Part shown: piece by piece, positions 12,340-23,300 of the stretch | How the letters are laid out: each line of letters begins with the position of its first letter | Position numbering within the stretch: position 1 is the stretch's first letter | Notes under the pieces: generated by a model | Told to the model about the DNA's origin: nothing | The model's input: only the letters and a program-made list of their open reading frames with translations | Databases searched by the model: none | Translations under genes and position numbers: made by a program | Source of the DNA: Hyphochytrium catenoides | Taxonomy: Eukaryota > Protista > Hyphochytriomycota | Reading direction: 5' to 3' | NCBI GenBank assembly: GCA_900088475.1 | Contig: FLMG01001221.1 | Coordinates: forward strand, 1 to 64,000 | DNA: 64,000 nucleotides

Positions 12340-13424
12340 ATTCTGCTTTTCTCCAGCTAGCACTTCAGTCCTAAGCAGCTGTATCCCGAGACTGAGACAC
12401 CAGAAGAGACAATTTCGACTGAACTTGTCCGCCGTGTATAACACGCCGTGACTGTTGTTTGAGTCCCCTGTTAGCACCTATTATAATCAATGGAGTTTGA
12501 TGCCGCTTCAAAATCTCTTACGTTCAATACTGACTGCACGTGTCGAGGTTTGAGAACAGTGCCCGATGAATCTTCACAATCTCCGGCAGCAGAGAATCTG
12601 AGTGCCCTTGATCTGTCTTTTGGAGAGGAAAGAAAAACAGCGAATCGCAACGCTGCCCCACAATGAGAACCTGTCAATTACTGGTTAATTGCCATTTTTG
12701 ACATCCCGCGTCTCTTGCAGGTTCATAAACCCATACATTAACCCCGCAGGGGTGTGAAAATACAGTATTGAGGGAAACATCTTTCACTAAATTTGTCATT
12801 ACTGTATCAACAACTGTTGGCGTTCTTCACAACTGTGAAATAAGAACCTCAGTGTACTTGCTATCAAGTCCATGACGGGCTCTGGTTCATGATAAGGTGT
12901 TAGTCTCTCATGTCATGTCATGTGTGGGCAAGATGAGCCCGCCTCAATGTCAAAGTCCATTGCTAGTAGGAAGGTGCCGTGAACAGATCGGCTCGAGACA
13001 GAGACGGCAAATGTAACTTCAGCGCGCTGTATGTCATCTGAGTCACGTCTGCAATGGAACGCACGGATCTACTAGGAGGAGGACATGCTAACAGGAGAAA
13101 CGCTGGCCAAGTAACGGCGTTCCTCCTTTTGTCAGACATCAACTGTCCATTCATGGTGATATGCTTGTGCTTGTGCTGCTTGGTACAGATTGAGAGAATC
13201 ATTGGGAAACGAACCATGATGCATCAAGGCGGCAAGCCGATACAACCCTGATAATAGAATGACTGAGTTTGCCTGCTAGCAGTAACTACCAGGGTCGTGT
13301 CACCTGCCAGAGCAACCAAACCAGTATGAGCCATCCTGCAGCGGACGGCGGCCTCATGTGGATTGAGCTTGATTCTCTGGCTCCCATGGGGTAGCCGAGA
13401 CGGCATGTGTCCCACTTGACCCAC

Positions 13425-14311
13425 TTAGACACTGAGGCCCTTCGTCTGTGTCCCGTTCTTTTCCTCCATGATCTTCGATACTCCACCTCCATGGTTCTCC
13501 ACTTCACGTCCAGAGGACCAGCTTAAAGAGAGAGGGCATTTGCATGAGGAAGCTTTGCACATTATTTACAAAGGTTTTAACTTCCTTCTTCGAGAAGAGA
13601 GAGTGTGCCTCTCAGTGACTAGGCCCGGAATATAAATATGCAGGAATGTACATACTATACAAAGTATAGAGAAAGTCATTGGAGCAGAAGAAATGTCTAT
13701 GCAAAGGAGGCCTTGACAATCTACCTCCTGGCCTCACTGGCGCTACCAAGCTCTTCCCAGGGTCAGTTCCGCAGCGTAAATGAGGCCACATAAGAGATAG
13801 AAACCGCCAATAGGAGCCTCAAGATCATGTTTGAGAGATGCGATGGTACCAGTGGAGGCTACCTTGGGTCTAGAGTTTCTTCCCGCATGGCCCAGAGGAA
13901 GGTCTTGCTTCTTTGTTGTGCAACACGGGCTGTGGGGGTTCTTAGGAGAAGGTTGCTAGACGCTCCAGAGGTAAACTCCGTGCTCTCCCAAAGCTCGTCT
14001 ACTTGGCTCTCATGCTGCGCTTGAGCAAGTAAAACCGCATAGTGCTCGGAGTAGCCTGGTCCTTTTCTCTGTCTCGGATTGGGCTCCAGTTCCGCAAGGA
14101 GGTCGTCGATATTAGAGAGTGACGACGTCGTAGAAGCGCTCGACGAAGAGAGGCGCATTCGACTCAGTCTCTCTTCCCTTTCTCTGTCCCTTGCTAAGTG
14201 ACCTGCCAACTCCTCCCAGAAGCTCTGGCTGTTGTCGATACTGTCGGTAGGGCTCATGACGCCAGTAGGAGCCGCATCGTAACGGCAGAACATGGTTGAC
14301 CTGGCTGCCAT
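13425..14311 (-). CDS. Hypothetical Ser-rich protein, probably 2 exons
   Basis: ORF from MAARSTMF. Donor AG|gtag at 13863 and acceptor tttaag| at 13521 join in frame to TAA at 13425. No recognisable domain. Confidence 0.4.
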
Positions 14312-15281
14312 GAGGTCAGGAGTCGGGACAATGGAGGTCTTCTGTTTCCGATTTCCTCTGGATAGTAGCAAGTTCTAATGTGACTTCTTCTCCACCTTTT
14401 GATCTCTCTTCTTCACGTCCAAGGGAAGCACTAGCTGTCACTGGCCTACTTCTCTTCTAGTAGGTAGTCGTCAGCGATGTCGGCGGCGCGGCGAAGGTAT
14501 CAGCTATGGTGGGCAATGACACGGAAGAACTGAAGCTTTGGTCGATGCTGAGCTGCTGCTTTCCAGCTGTTACCTCAACTTCGCTCTCGTCGCCATTGGT
14601 TCAGCAGGTACACAGAGAGTAAAAGGTGCACCATAGGCTGCGCTGCTGGTTCGTTCCCTGTCCGTCAAAAGTGCGTCGACGCTTGCTTTGTACCTCTTCG
14701 GCGTTTCTGTCTGAAGCACAAAATTTCTGCGGTTGTTCTCTAGTTCTCTTTACCACTGCAGTGTGTCTCGTATGGGCTCTGTCTGGCTAATCAAAGCAAT
14801 AGACCAGTCGTTTTAGTTCTCCCCTTCTCATCTCACTGTGGTCTGTCTGTCCGAGATGACAACTCTGTCTACTTGGCCTGATTCTAAGAATACAACTGCA
14901 ATTCTCATCTTACTACACCAGTCATTCATGGTGCTATATGTAGGCATATGGTAGTTGAAGTCCAACGTCTATTACTATCAGACCACGAACCCGCTGCCCA
15001 TCGGGAGATAGCGATGAAGAGACACAGAAAGTAATGTGTAGTTCTCCTGCCTCGTCGTAGTGGATCATGACTCATGAGCCCAGCTGTAGATCTAGTGTAC
15101 GCTGAAGCGAAGGAGAGAGACATGATAAGAAGAAGCTAGGGAATGAGAAGTAGAGCAGCTACGACGAGGAGGATCGGCATTACAATCTATTAACTTCCTT
15201 GTTGCTGGCTACGTGGTCGAGAAGCTCGAACCCGTAAGAGGCCTGTCTTCATGACAGACCTTTTCAAAGGACAGAAGAAGC

Positions 15282-15395
15282 TGTCCAACTACCGGCGTTT
15301 ATGATGAGGAACAGGCTGTTATCGTAAGTTCATCTGCCCTTGTCCAGCTACCGGCGTTAATGAGGAACAGGCTGTTATGGTAGGTTCACCTGCCC
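15282..15395 (+). repeat. Imperfect tandem duplication, about 57-59 bp unit x2
   Basis: tgtccaactaccggcgtttatgatgaggaacaggctgttatcgtaagttcatctgccc followed by tgtccagctaccggcgttaatgaggaacaggctgttatggtaggttcacctgccc. Confidence 0.85.
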
Positions 15396-15908
15396 AAGAC
15401 TATCGTTCCGCTTTGATCGAGCACACCAGTATCTACTCTCTTTGCTGCAACGCTAAACGGTACAGTACTCTGGACTTAAGCTGCCTGCCATGGTCACTTC
15501 CCTTCAAAGCGGGAGACGTTAAGCTAGTAGCTTTGTGCCGTGGGACACTAAGGCTAGCTCACCATCAATCGAAGTAGCTGTCATCGATACAACTTATCAC
15601 TTGCCCTCTTAATGGTGGGTTCTGGAGCCCTCCCCCACCTGGCTGGTCAATCATTCCCTATATATATATATGCTTCGTTGGCTGTCGCATAGTTTACTGT
15701 GAGGGCCGCTCATCAAGGAGCTTATCCAACGGAGCTCTTGAACTCTCGGTTTTCACCCTTTTGCTTCCCTATCCCAATTCCTTATCCTCAATGCAGAGAA
15801 ACCAACATAAAAGTACGGTTTATATTATTATTAGTTCATAAAGCCTTGCCCCTCCGCTCCAAGGGACGAGTGTCAGTTCCTCGACCATCTTGGCCACTTT
15901 AGGTCAAG

Positions 15909-18900
15909 TCAAAGGGGCAAGGAACCTTTTGATTGAAAGGAAAGGACCATCGGCTTTGGCATGGACCTCAGCATATTCATTGCGTCCTCGAACAAGAGGT
16001 GGTCCACCCTTCGCCCATTGACAGCCACGAGGAAGTCCCCAACATTCTCTAGCGTGAAGGAGGAAGAGGCACCCACGCCATGAAGTGCCTTGATACAGGG
16101 AACACCGTTGTGCGCCTCGCTGGGGTGAAAGGTCAGCCCCAAAGGACCGTCATTCCATACCAGGTTATACTCCAAAGGATCTCCTCCTTCAGAAGACTTA
16201 GCAGCTTCGCTGAGTGAGGAAGAGACGGGATTCTCCGGAGCCAGGGAAACGTACGGCGCACTACCTGCCTGTTGGAACATAGAGGGGGAGAGGGAAGAGG
16301 AGACTGGTGCTTTGTCAGGTGACGCCCTCTCTTGCGTGCGATTCTCTTCCACATCTCCGTCTGACAGTTGATCCTGCCTGAATCTCAGCCGGCATGGTTT
16401 CGGTGTGGTCCTGAGCATCTGAATCGTTTGTTCAAAAGACATCCCTCGAACCTTGTCGTCATTCACTGCCAAAAGGCGGTCTCCCTCTGCGGAAGGCGGA
16501 AGAGATAAGGCAGCCCCCACCCTATGGGCCTTCTTAATGAAGATTTTGTCCTGCGCCCAGCCAAAAGTTATACCTAAAACGCCATCATTCCATTGCAGGA
16601 TGTATTCTGTCCTTGGAGCAGGTCTTGTTAGCTCAGAGGCTAGCTGCAAACTCTGCAATTGGGCTGATAAGGTGCTTTGTGAAGCCACAGGAGCCGTCGA
16701 AAAGGATGAGTAGGGAGAGGAGGACGAGAAAGAAGAAGAAGAAGAATGCAAAGATGAGCTATGCAAGTTCCGTGAGGAGTGAGATGCTGCCGGGCTCCTT
16801 TTATCAGCAGAGGTTTGAAATGGCGAAGAAACAGAGGCCGCCTGGGGCTCCATCCCTTGGTAGGCTGGACTTCTGGTCGCCTCCAACGGAAGAGAAGGAG
16901 ACGGTGACGGAGAGCTGGACGATGATAGAGGATAGGAAGAAGAAGGTAAGGGACATCGTCTAAGTGTCAGCTTGATCGGCTTGCGTACTTTCTTCAGCTT
17001 CTCGAGATTGGTCTTCGGGTCAAAACGAAAAAGAGGTACATCACCAATGCCGATGAGCTGGTCCCCCGGAACGATGACCTCTAGGCTCTGGCAAGTTGAC
17101 TTGCCTGTCTTTCTCTTCACAATGGGAAACTCCTCTGCGTCGTCCGCGATAAAAGTCAGACCCAGGGGACCATCGTCCCACACTACCTCGTAGACTACAA
17201 TCCGCCTGGTCGAGGACGAGGCAGACTTGGCAGACGACAACGGCGTAGCGCCACTACGGGCTGGGGAAGGAGATGCGCTGGCTTGGTCTGTGGTGACCCG
17301 TTCAACGGCCCGATGCGATCTCTTAGGTTCTGGTGGGGAGAGAGGCGGTGGAAGCTGGAGGGAGGAGGAGGACTGAGGCGAGGCGAAGGATGAGAAGGAC
17401 TCTGTCTCTCCCTGGAGGAATAGCTTCCTGGGCGCCACGGACAGGTGTGCTTGCTGTTGCTGAGTCTCCGGTTGTGGTCTCTTCTCTTCAGCTATGCTTT
17501 CCATTCCCTGGATCCCGTCTCTGTTTTCGCCCCCTTCCTGGACTTTCCTTTCGAGGGACTGTTCTGCTGTCTTTGCGGTCTGTTCCTTGCCTCGCTTTCC
17601 CTCCTCATCTTGTCCAATCTCTTTCTCTTTGGAGCTCTGCTCACCGCTCCGCCCTTGCATCGCTCCTTGCGGACCACCTGGTGACCGACCCGTGCTCAAA
17701 TCTGCCGACGCAGGGCTCTTTGGCTCCTCCGTTTCAATTTTGGGTTTGCTGCTACCTCTGCCATAAAGAGTAATAACAGCCGGAGGTCCTTGCTTAAGAG
17801 CCTTGATACAGCCCTCATAACCCATGTCCAGTGCGCTTTGGCCATTAATCGCAGTCACAATATCTCCGGGTAGTATGTGGGCTAGCTTAGCCATACTCTG
17901 AGGCGCACTTCCGGTCACCCGGTTGACGAAGACGACAGACAGGTCCCCACAGTTCTCTCCCTTGATTGAAACACCTAAAGTAAGCCCCTCCACCCAGTTG
18001 AGAGTGTACTCACGATAATCGTCAGCTTCTTTCTCTCTCTGGACTTTGAATCTGAGGATTGCTGGCCTTTTTAAGGTTTGAAGAAGCTGGGCGAGAGAGA
18101 GGAGGGACAGCTTCTGCGTGGGGCTCCCGTTGATGTGCGTGAGAATATCTCCCGTCCTCACTGGCATGGGACAGTTATCCAAGACGGCTCCAACCATCGG
18201 ATACTGATCTGGTCCTGGGACCCATCGAACTCTTGCATCTTCAGACTCCAAAATGCAGATTCTCAAATGCGAGATCGCGCTGTTGTTTGAGCTTTTGATA
18301 AGTTGTAGGTCTTTCTCCTGTGCTCGCTCCTGTCTCTTCTCTGTTGGATAAGAGACATCAAACGATTGGAGCGAGGCCCTCTCCTCCTGTCGCTTTTTTG
18401 TCATATGAGGTGGAGTTGGGAGAGGCACGGTTTGGGGTTCGGATGACATTTGTGATCCCAATCCCTTCTCCTTGGATAGTTCTAAGAGTTCAAGAAGACG
18501 AGTCTTTCCAGTGTCTTCTGGTGCTTCCGCGACGGAGGTGGCAGATGACCCGTTGTTTGCTTGCTTGTTTTCCGTGGCGACAAGCTCTTCCCGAGCTGGA
18601 GACTCGGAGATTTTCTCTTGAATCTTTGCAGCTAAGCGCCGGGCTAACTCATCATCTCCCTCAATATATTTTAAAAATTCCAGTGCGAGCTCCTGTCGAG
18701 AGAAGTCGGCAAGTCCACCGCTGCCCTTCTTCTTCTTCTTTTTCCTTCTTTTCCTCTCCTTGGGCTCTTTGTTTGGGACCTCTTCGGCCATAGACTTCTC
18801 TGAGCTTTTCTTTCTTGTCCCCATCTGTGAAATCGCACGCTGCATGAGCTGGTCATCCTCACTCTCTTCTTCCTCGTCCTCAGTGTCTGTGGAGCCGCCA

Positions 18901-19627
18901 CTCTCCTCTCCAGAGCTATCTTCGTCGTCCTCCTCATCCGAGGCAAGCTCTTTAGCGTCATTTACTACGGTTGCGGGAGATACGCAGGTTAGTTGTATAT
19001 ATATATATATAGATTGCGAGTGGCTGAGACAGGAGGAAAGAATTCAATCCTTACCCTTGAACTCTTTAATGCACTTCTCCTTGGCTATGATACACTTCCG
19101 CCTATGCGTCGGAGCGTTGAACCGCACACACTCCTAGAAGAGTCATTAAGTGGAAGGTTACTTTACGACAGAACAGAGTGGGGCCAGCAGCCACGCAGGC
19201 AAGGTAAGTGGAGAGAAAAGAGTCCAACATGAGAACGAGAAAAGCCGTAAGAGCAGAGGGCGGAAGAGGGAAGGGAAGATGATGAGGGAATGCGAGAGAG
19301 CCCAGAAGTGAGAGCAAAAGAGGCCACAAACGCAGGTAAATGAGGTTTGAGGCAAGTGCTCTCAAATTGATAAGCCCTAGACATTATCAGTGAAGACGGA
19401 GGAACCAGAGCGCAGTGACCGAGTTATCTTGACCACCGCACCTTGCTGCAATAGAAGACTGCCATACACTTGTTGGCGCATGGTTCTCTCGCGTTGGTCT
19501 CTCCACAATTCTCACAGCTGATCATCCCTTGGAGCCCTACACCCTGCCGACCTTTCATCTGGCGAAGGAGCGCCAGTTGAAGGAGCTCATCTTCATCCAA
19601 TATCTCACTCACCCTTTCCGCGTCCAT
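15909..19627 (-). CDS. MYND-type zinc finger + five PDZ domains, about 1106 aa, 3 exons
   Basis: Exons 19627-19442, 19133-19055 and 18964-15909 join in frame. CENC...CANKC..FYCSK|EC......H...C is a MYND pattern. Five PDZ-like units, four beginning with a YxxxW(N/D/V)..LG(L/I/V) motif and all with GD-(I/Q/R/F)-hydrophobic cores such as VGDFLVAVNG. Confidence 0.85.
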
Positions 19628-21458
19628 ATCTCACGCGCCCGTGAATGGGCAAGCCTTGGCCCTACTTCGCCAACTGCTGCTCTTATCTATGTGACTGCAG
19701 GAGATAAGTCGTCTCCTATGGAGCTCGCATAAGAAGAGCGATAATGAAATTTACGTCCCTATGAGAAGCTACGGGGAGATAGAGAAGAGACCCGGGAGAA
19801 GGTCAGATGACGCGTGGAGCTGATGATCGGCTACTGAGCAGGGGAAGAAAGGTAGAATGGGGTTGACCTCAGTCACAAGATCACTCTTTTCGAATGTTCC
19901 CGACGGAAGAGCGCTGAGGTCCAGTCTCTCTCTCTTTCTGCCTCGTCTGTCTCTGTCTGTCTCGAATCTCCTCGGTGTGGCTTGGGACTGACAGGGACTT
20001 GCCGTTCAACTCTCTCTCCGCTCTACCTTCCGCCCTTCCACCATCGTAGGCGCGGGCCTTGTCCTCTGTTAGGCAACATGGAAGCCATCTTAGTAGAGGT
20101 TTGTCAAGCGGCCTGAGCGAGAGATTGGGCTTCGCTCCATCAGTGTCCCATGCCTATTGTTGAGCGAGCCAGAGCGCCTGCTGACCGCATCTCTCTCGTT
20201 TCATTCTCCCTCATTCTCTCTCTCCCTTTATCCTCTCTTCTTCTTGAACTCTACTGCTCTGACTCTCCGTGCGTCTCACTCTTTCTTCCCCTTTCTGTAT
20301 CTCCCTCTGGCCTACACAGTCTGCCATCTGGCACTGTACAAACCTTGGTCAACCTTTTCCCCGACACCCCATCCGGTTTTGTTAGCCCCCGGGTGAAATT
20401 ATGTGAATGCCTTTGGTTCGATTACGAACTATTGTGCACACGGGTAACCTAAAGTACTGGGAGAAGGCGATACTGCGATGGCAGTTACACAAGTGAAAGG
20501 CCATCAACAGATCTAAAGAATCACACGCCGATGAAGTAAGCGGTTACTAACCGAACAGAGAGAATCAGTTTGGTTTTCGTGTTCCAACGTGCTGTACAGT
20601 CTATTACCCTAACGGTTGTGCGGATTTGAGATAAGCCTCTCCTTATCCGAGAAAATACTCCTTTCTCATGCTTTACATGTGCCGGTTTATATTACAATAG
20701 CGTGTCCAATGAGCGCACCGTTATTATTATGTTCTGCACCAAACAGTAGATTAATTGCTTCTGGGTATCACAGCGGAGGTTATTATTATGGTAGAGCTGG
20801 TCACTGTGGGTGTGATGGCGGCGCGGGCGGGTCTGCATCATCCTCAGGGTTGGAGAGACGTGGAGGCACTAACTTCCAACATGCACTTCCCTCCTCTATG
20901 CTTCTCTCTCTTCGCCTTCTTGGCCCCTTACACCTTACTCTGTCTCGCGCCTCTTGTTGAACTGGCACTCTGCTCTCTTTCTCTCCCGTCTATTGTCACA
21001 TCTGCATCTCTCCCCCTCTTACACTCTTCTGCGCTCCTCAGTATACGGCAGTCGAAGCGTGCGGGCGGGGATAAGAAGGCTTCTGATAGTTCTTATAGGG
21101 AAGGGCGCTTGTGACACACGGCCAGCAGTCTCAGCAGGCAGGGCAACAACATTTCCAAAAGTAGGTAGAGCCTACTGAAGGAAATAGAGTGTGTCCCCAC
21201 AGCGTTTCTCTCGCCTGCTCTGACTTGTTTGGAGGGTCATCAGAACCTCAACTTCTTCGCTCTCTTTCTTTTGACGCAGAGACATTCTCCAGTTTGTGTC
21301 TTTATAGCTCGCTTGGCCGTTCTGACACCTGCTACATATCACCGCATACGAGCGGGGCAGATTCTGTTAGTGAGGTACGCAGCTTTCCGACCGACCGGCA
21401 GGGCTTTCAGTGGGTGCTGACGAATATACACACACCCGACAAACTCCCCACAGAGACT

Positions 21459-22823
21459 ATGGCATCAAAGCGGACTCGCAGTGGAAGGCGCAGAGCGGGC
21501 CAATCCAGGCGCAGACGCGCCTCAACCTCTAATTCTCCATCCTCTGCCTCGTCGTCCTCTCTCAAGCGCACTTCAAGTGGTTCAAGGCGTCGTGTATCTC
21601 TTCCTACAAGTTACTCGTTTTCAGTGGGCGGATGGCTGAAGATGTACATGTTCGGCGTCTGCAAATTCTTACAGGAGCACGGACTTACCGACAATGCCAA
21701 GCTAGCAGGCAGCTCAGCTGGTGCATTGGCTGCCGCCGGCCTTGCCTTGGGCTGCGACTTTGACAAAGTACGAGAGTTTGTTCTAGACAACGCTGTGACG
21801 GAGTGCCACGCCAGTCTCAGGGGAGCGTTGAGGGTCAGGGACTACCTGGGACACACATTTGACACTGTAGGCAACCTTCATAGGTATGCGGAGGTGACCA
21901 AGAAGCAGAACCTGGAGATCAACATCACGGCTCTGCCATTCTGCAGAAATGTGAAGATTACAGAGTTTGAGAGTGAAGAAGATGTAAAGACAGCGCTGTA
22001 CGGTTCTTGCTGCGCTACTCCGATCGCCGGCTTCCCTTTTAAGAGGAAGGGCATCTGGGTCTTTGACGGCGGATTGGCTGCCTTCCAGCCGTCTGTAGGA
22101 CCTGACACAGTCACAATTTCTCCTTTCTACTTCATGAACGCTGACATCAAGCCTTCTCGCTACGTCCCTGTTTGGTGGGCCGTCTATCCCCCTGGTAGAG
22201 AGAATGTTGAATGGCTGTTTGAGTTGGGTTACCATGACGCGAGAGAATGGGCAGAGAACAGAGGCCTTGTACCATTTGGCACGGCAGAGAGGACGAAGAC
22301 TGTTGGCTCCTGGGTAGGGCACTTTGGTCGTGTTGTGGGCTACGAGGCTCTGGAGAGCCAGCTGATGGACCTTCTCCTGGTGCTCAGTCTTTTTCTCATC
22401 TGGAAGCCCATCTCCTTCTCTCTCCTCTACGTTGAGCTCTTATTGAGAGCACTAATCTGCGGTGGAAAGGCCGCAGTCTTTGGTAGTGCTTGCATTCTCA
22501 TGGTCATGCTTTCTCTGGCAGGCTTGACAATTGCTGTCATGCCCTGGGTGCTGCCGTTCAAGGCGTTCGTCTTCGCTGCGGTTGGTGTCCTCCTCTTTGT
22601 GGGCACTCTCGCGCTTATCCTGCTAAGAGTCGGAGGGATGCAGGAGGCGCTTTTGAGAGCGAAGAAAGACTGGAGAGACTGTACACAGTGTGTACGGTCT
22701 CTCGTCTCTCTGTCGCTCCTGCTCCGAACAGTACCTATCTATGGGTCAAGGTTCCCGCTGACTCAGCAGAAGTTGCTAGAGCAACATTCCTTTATTTATA
22801 GAGTAGTAGCGCACTACATTTAA
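21459..22823 (+). CDS. Patatin-like phospholipase (PNPLA/ATGL-like) with C-terminal transmembrane segments
   Basis: GSSAG nucleophile elbow, VFDGG catalytic Asp motif, LFELGYHDA. First in-frame ATG is at 21459. Hydrophobic C-terminal third. Confidence 0.88.
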   Translation: MASKRTRSGRRRAGQSRRRRASTSNSPSSASSSSLKRTSSGSRRRVSLPTSYSFSVGGWLKMYMFGVCKFLQEHGLTDNAKLAGSSAGALAAAGLALGCDFDKVREFVLDNAVTECHASLRGALRVRDYLGHTFDTVGNLHRYAEVTKKQNLEINITALPFCRNVKITEFESEEDVKTALYGSCCATPIAGFPFKRKGIWVFDGGLAAFQPSVGPDTVTISPFYFMNADIKPSRYVPVWWAVYPPGRENVEWLFELGYHDAREWAENRGLVPFGTAERTKTVGSWVGHFGRVVGYEALESQLMDLLLVLSLFLIWKPISFSLLYVELLLRALICGGKAAVFGSACILMVMLSLAGLTIAVMPWVLPFKAFVFAAVGVLLFVGTLALILLRVGGMQEALLRAKKDWRDCTQCVRSLVSLSLLLRTVPIYGSRFPLTQQKLLEQHSFIYRVVAHYI

Positions 22824-23300
22824 CCAAGTGGCAGCTACTGGCTATTCAAGTTCTACTGGGATAAAGTCCTAAGAGCCCCAAAAGAGAGCACACTCTTTCG
22901 TAGGCAGAGCCCACAGTCCGGCCCTGGCTAGGCCATTTAATTGTCAATAACCAAGCAATTGAAGTTAGAGGTTAACGCTATTCTGTCCTGTCTCTCCTTC
23001 GGTCATTGTGAGAGACCGCTCTGGCTATTTGGACCAGTGCCATCAGCAGAGTGGAGATGGCCAGTGAAAGCTCCTGTGGGGTATCAGTAGTATAACCGTC
23101 TACTCACCTCGACACTATATGTGACCGCGCGGCAGGTAAAGATGCCTCACAAGTGGATGGAGATCAGCTTACTCTTGTCTAGGAGCATGCAAGGCAGATT
23201 TGAAGAAGTGATAACTCTAAGGAATTTAGGGCTTCAGCCTAATAGCACAGCTAGCAGAAAGCAAGACGATGGTCCGTCGAAAAACGCCGACGCTTTGCTC

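Noticed and set aside
12760-12807. TACAGT...ACTGTA inverted repeat resembling Tc1/mariner ends
   Set aside because: Only about 12 bp arms around a 24-nt loop, with no second copy seen; not distinguishable from chance.
15282-15395. Possible CRISPR-like repeat
   Set aside because: Only two adjacent units, no spacer, no cas genes, eukaryotic context.
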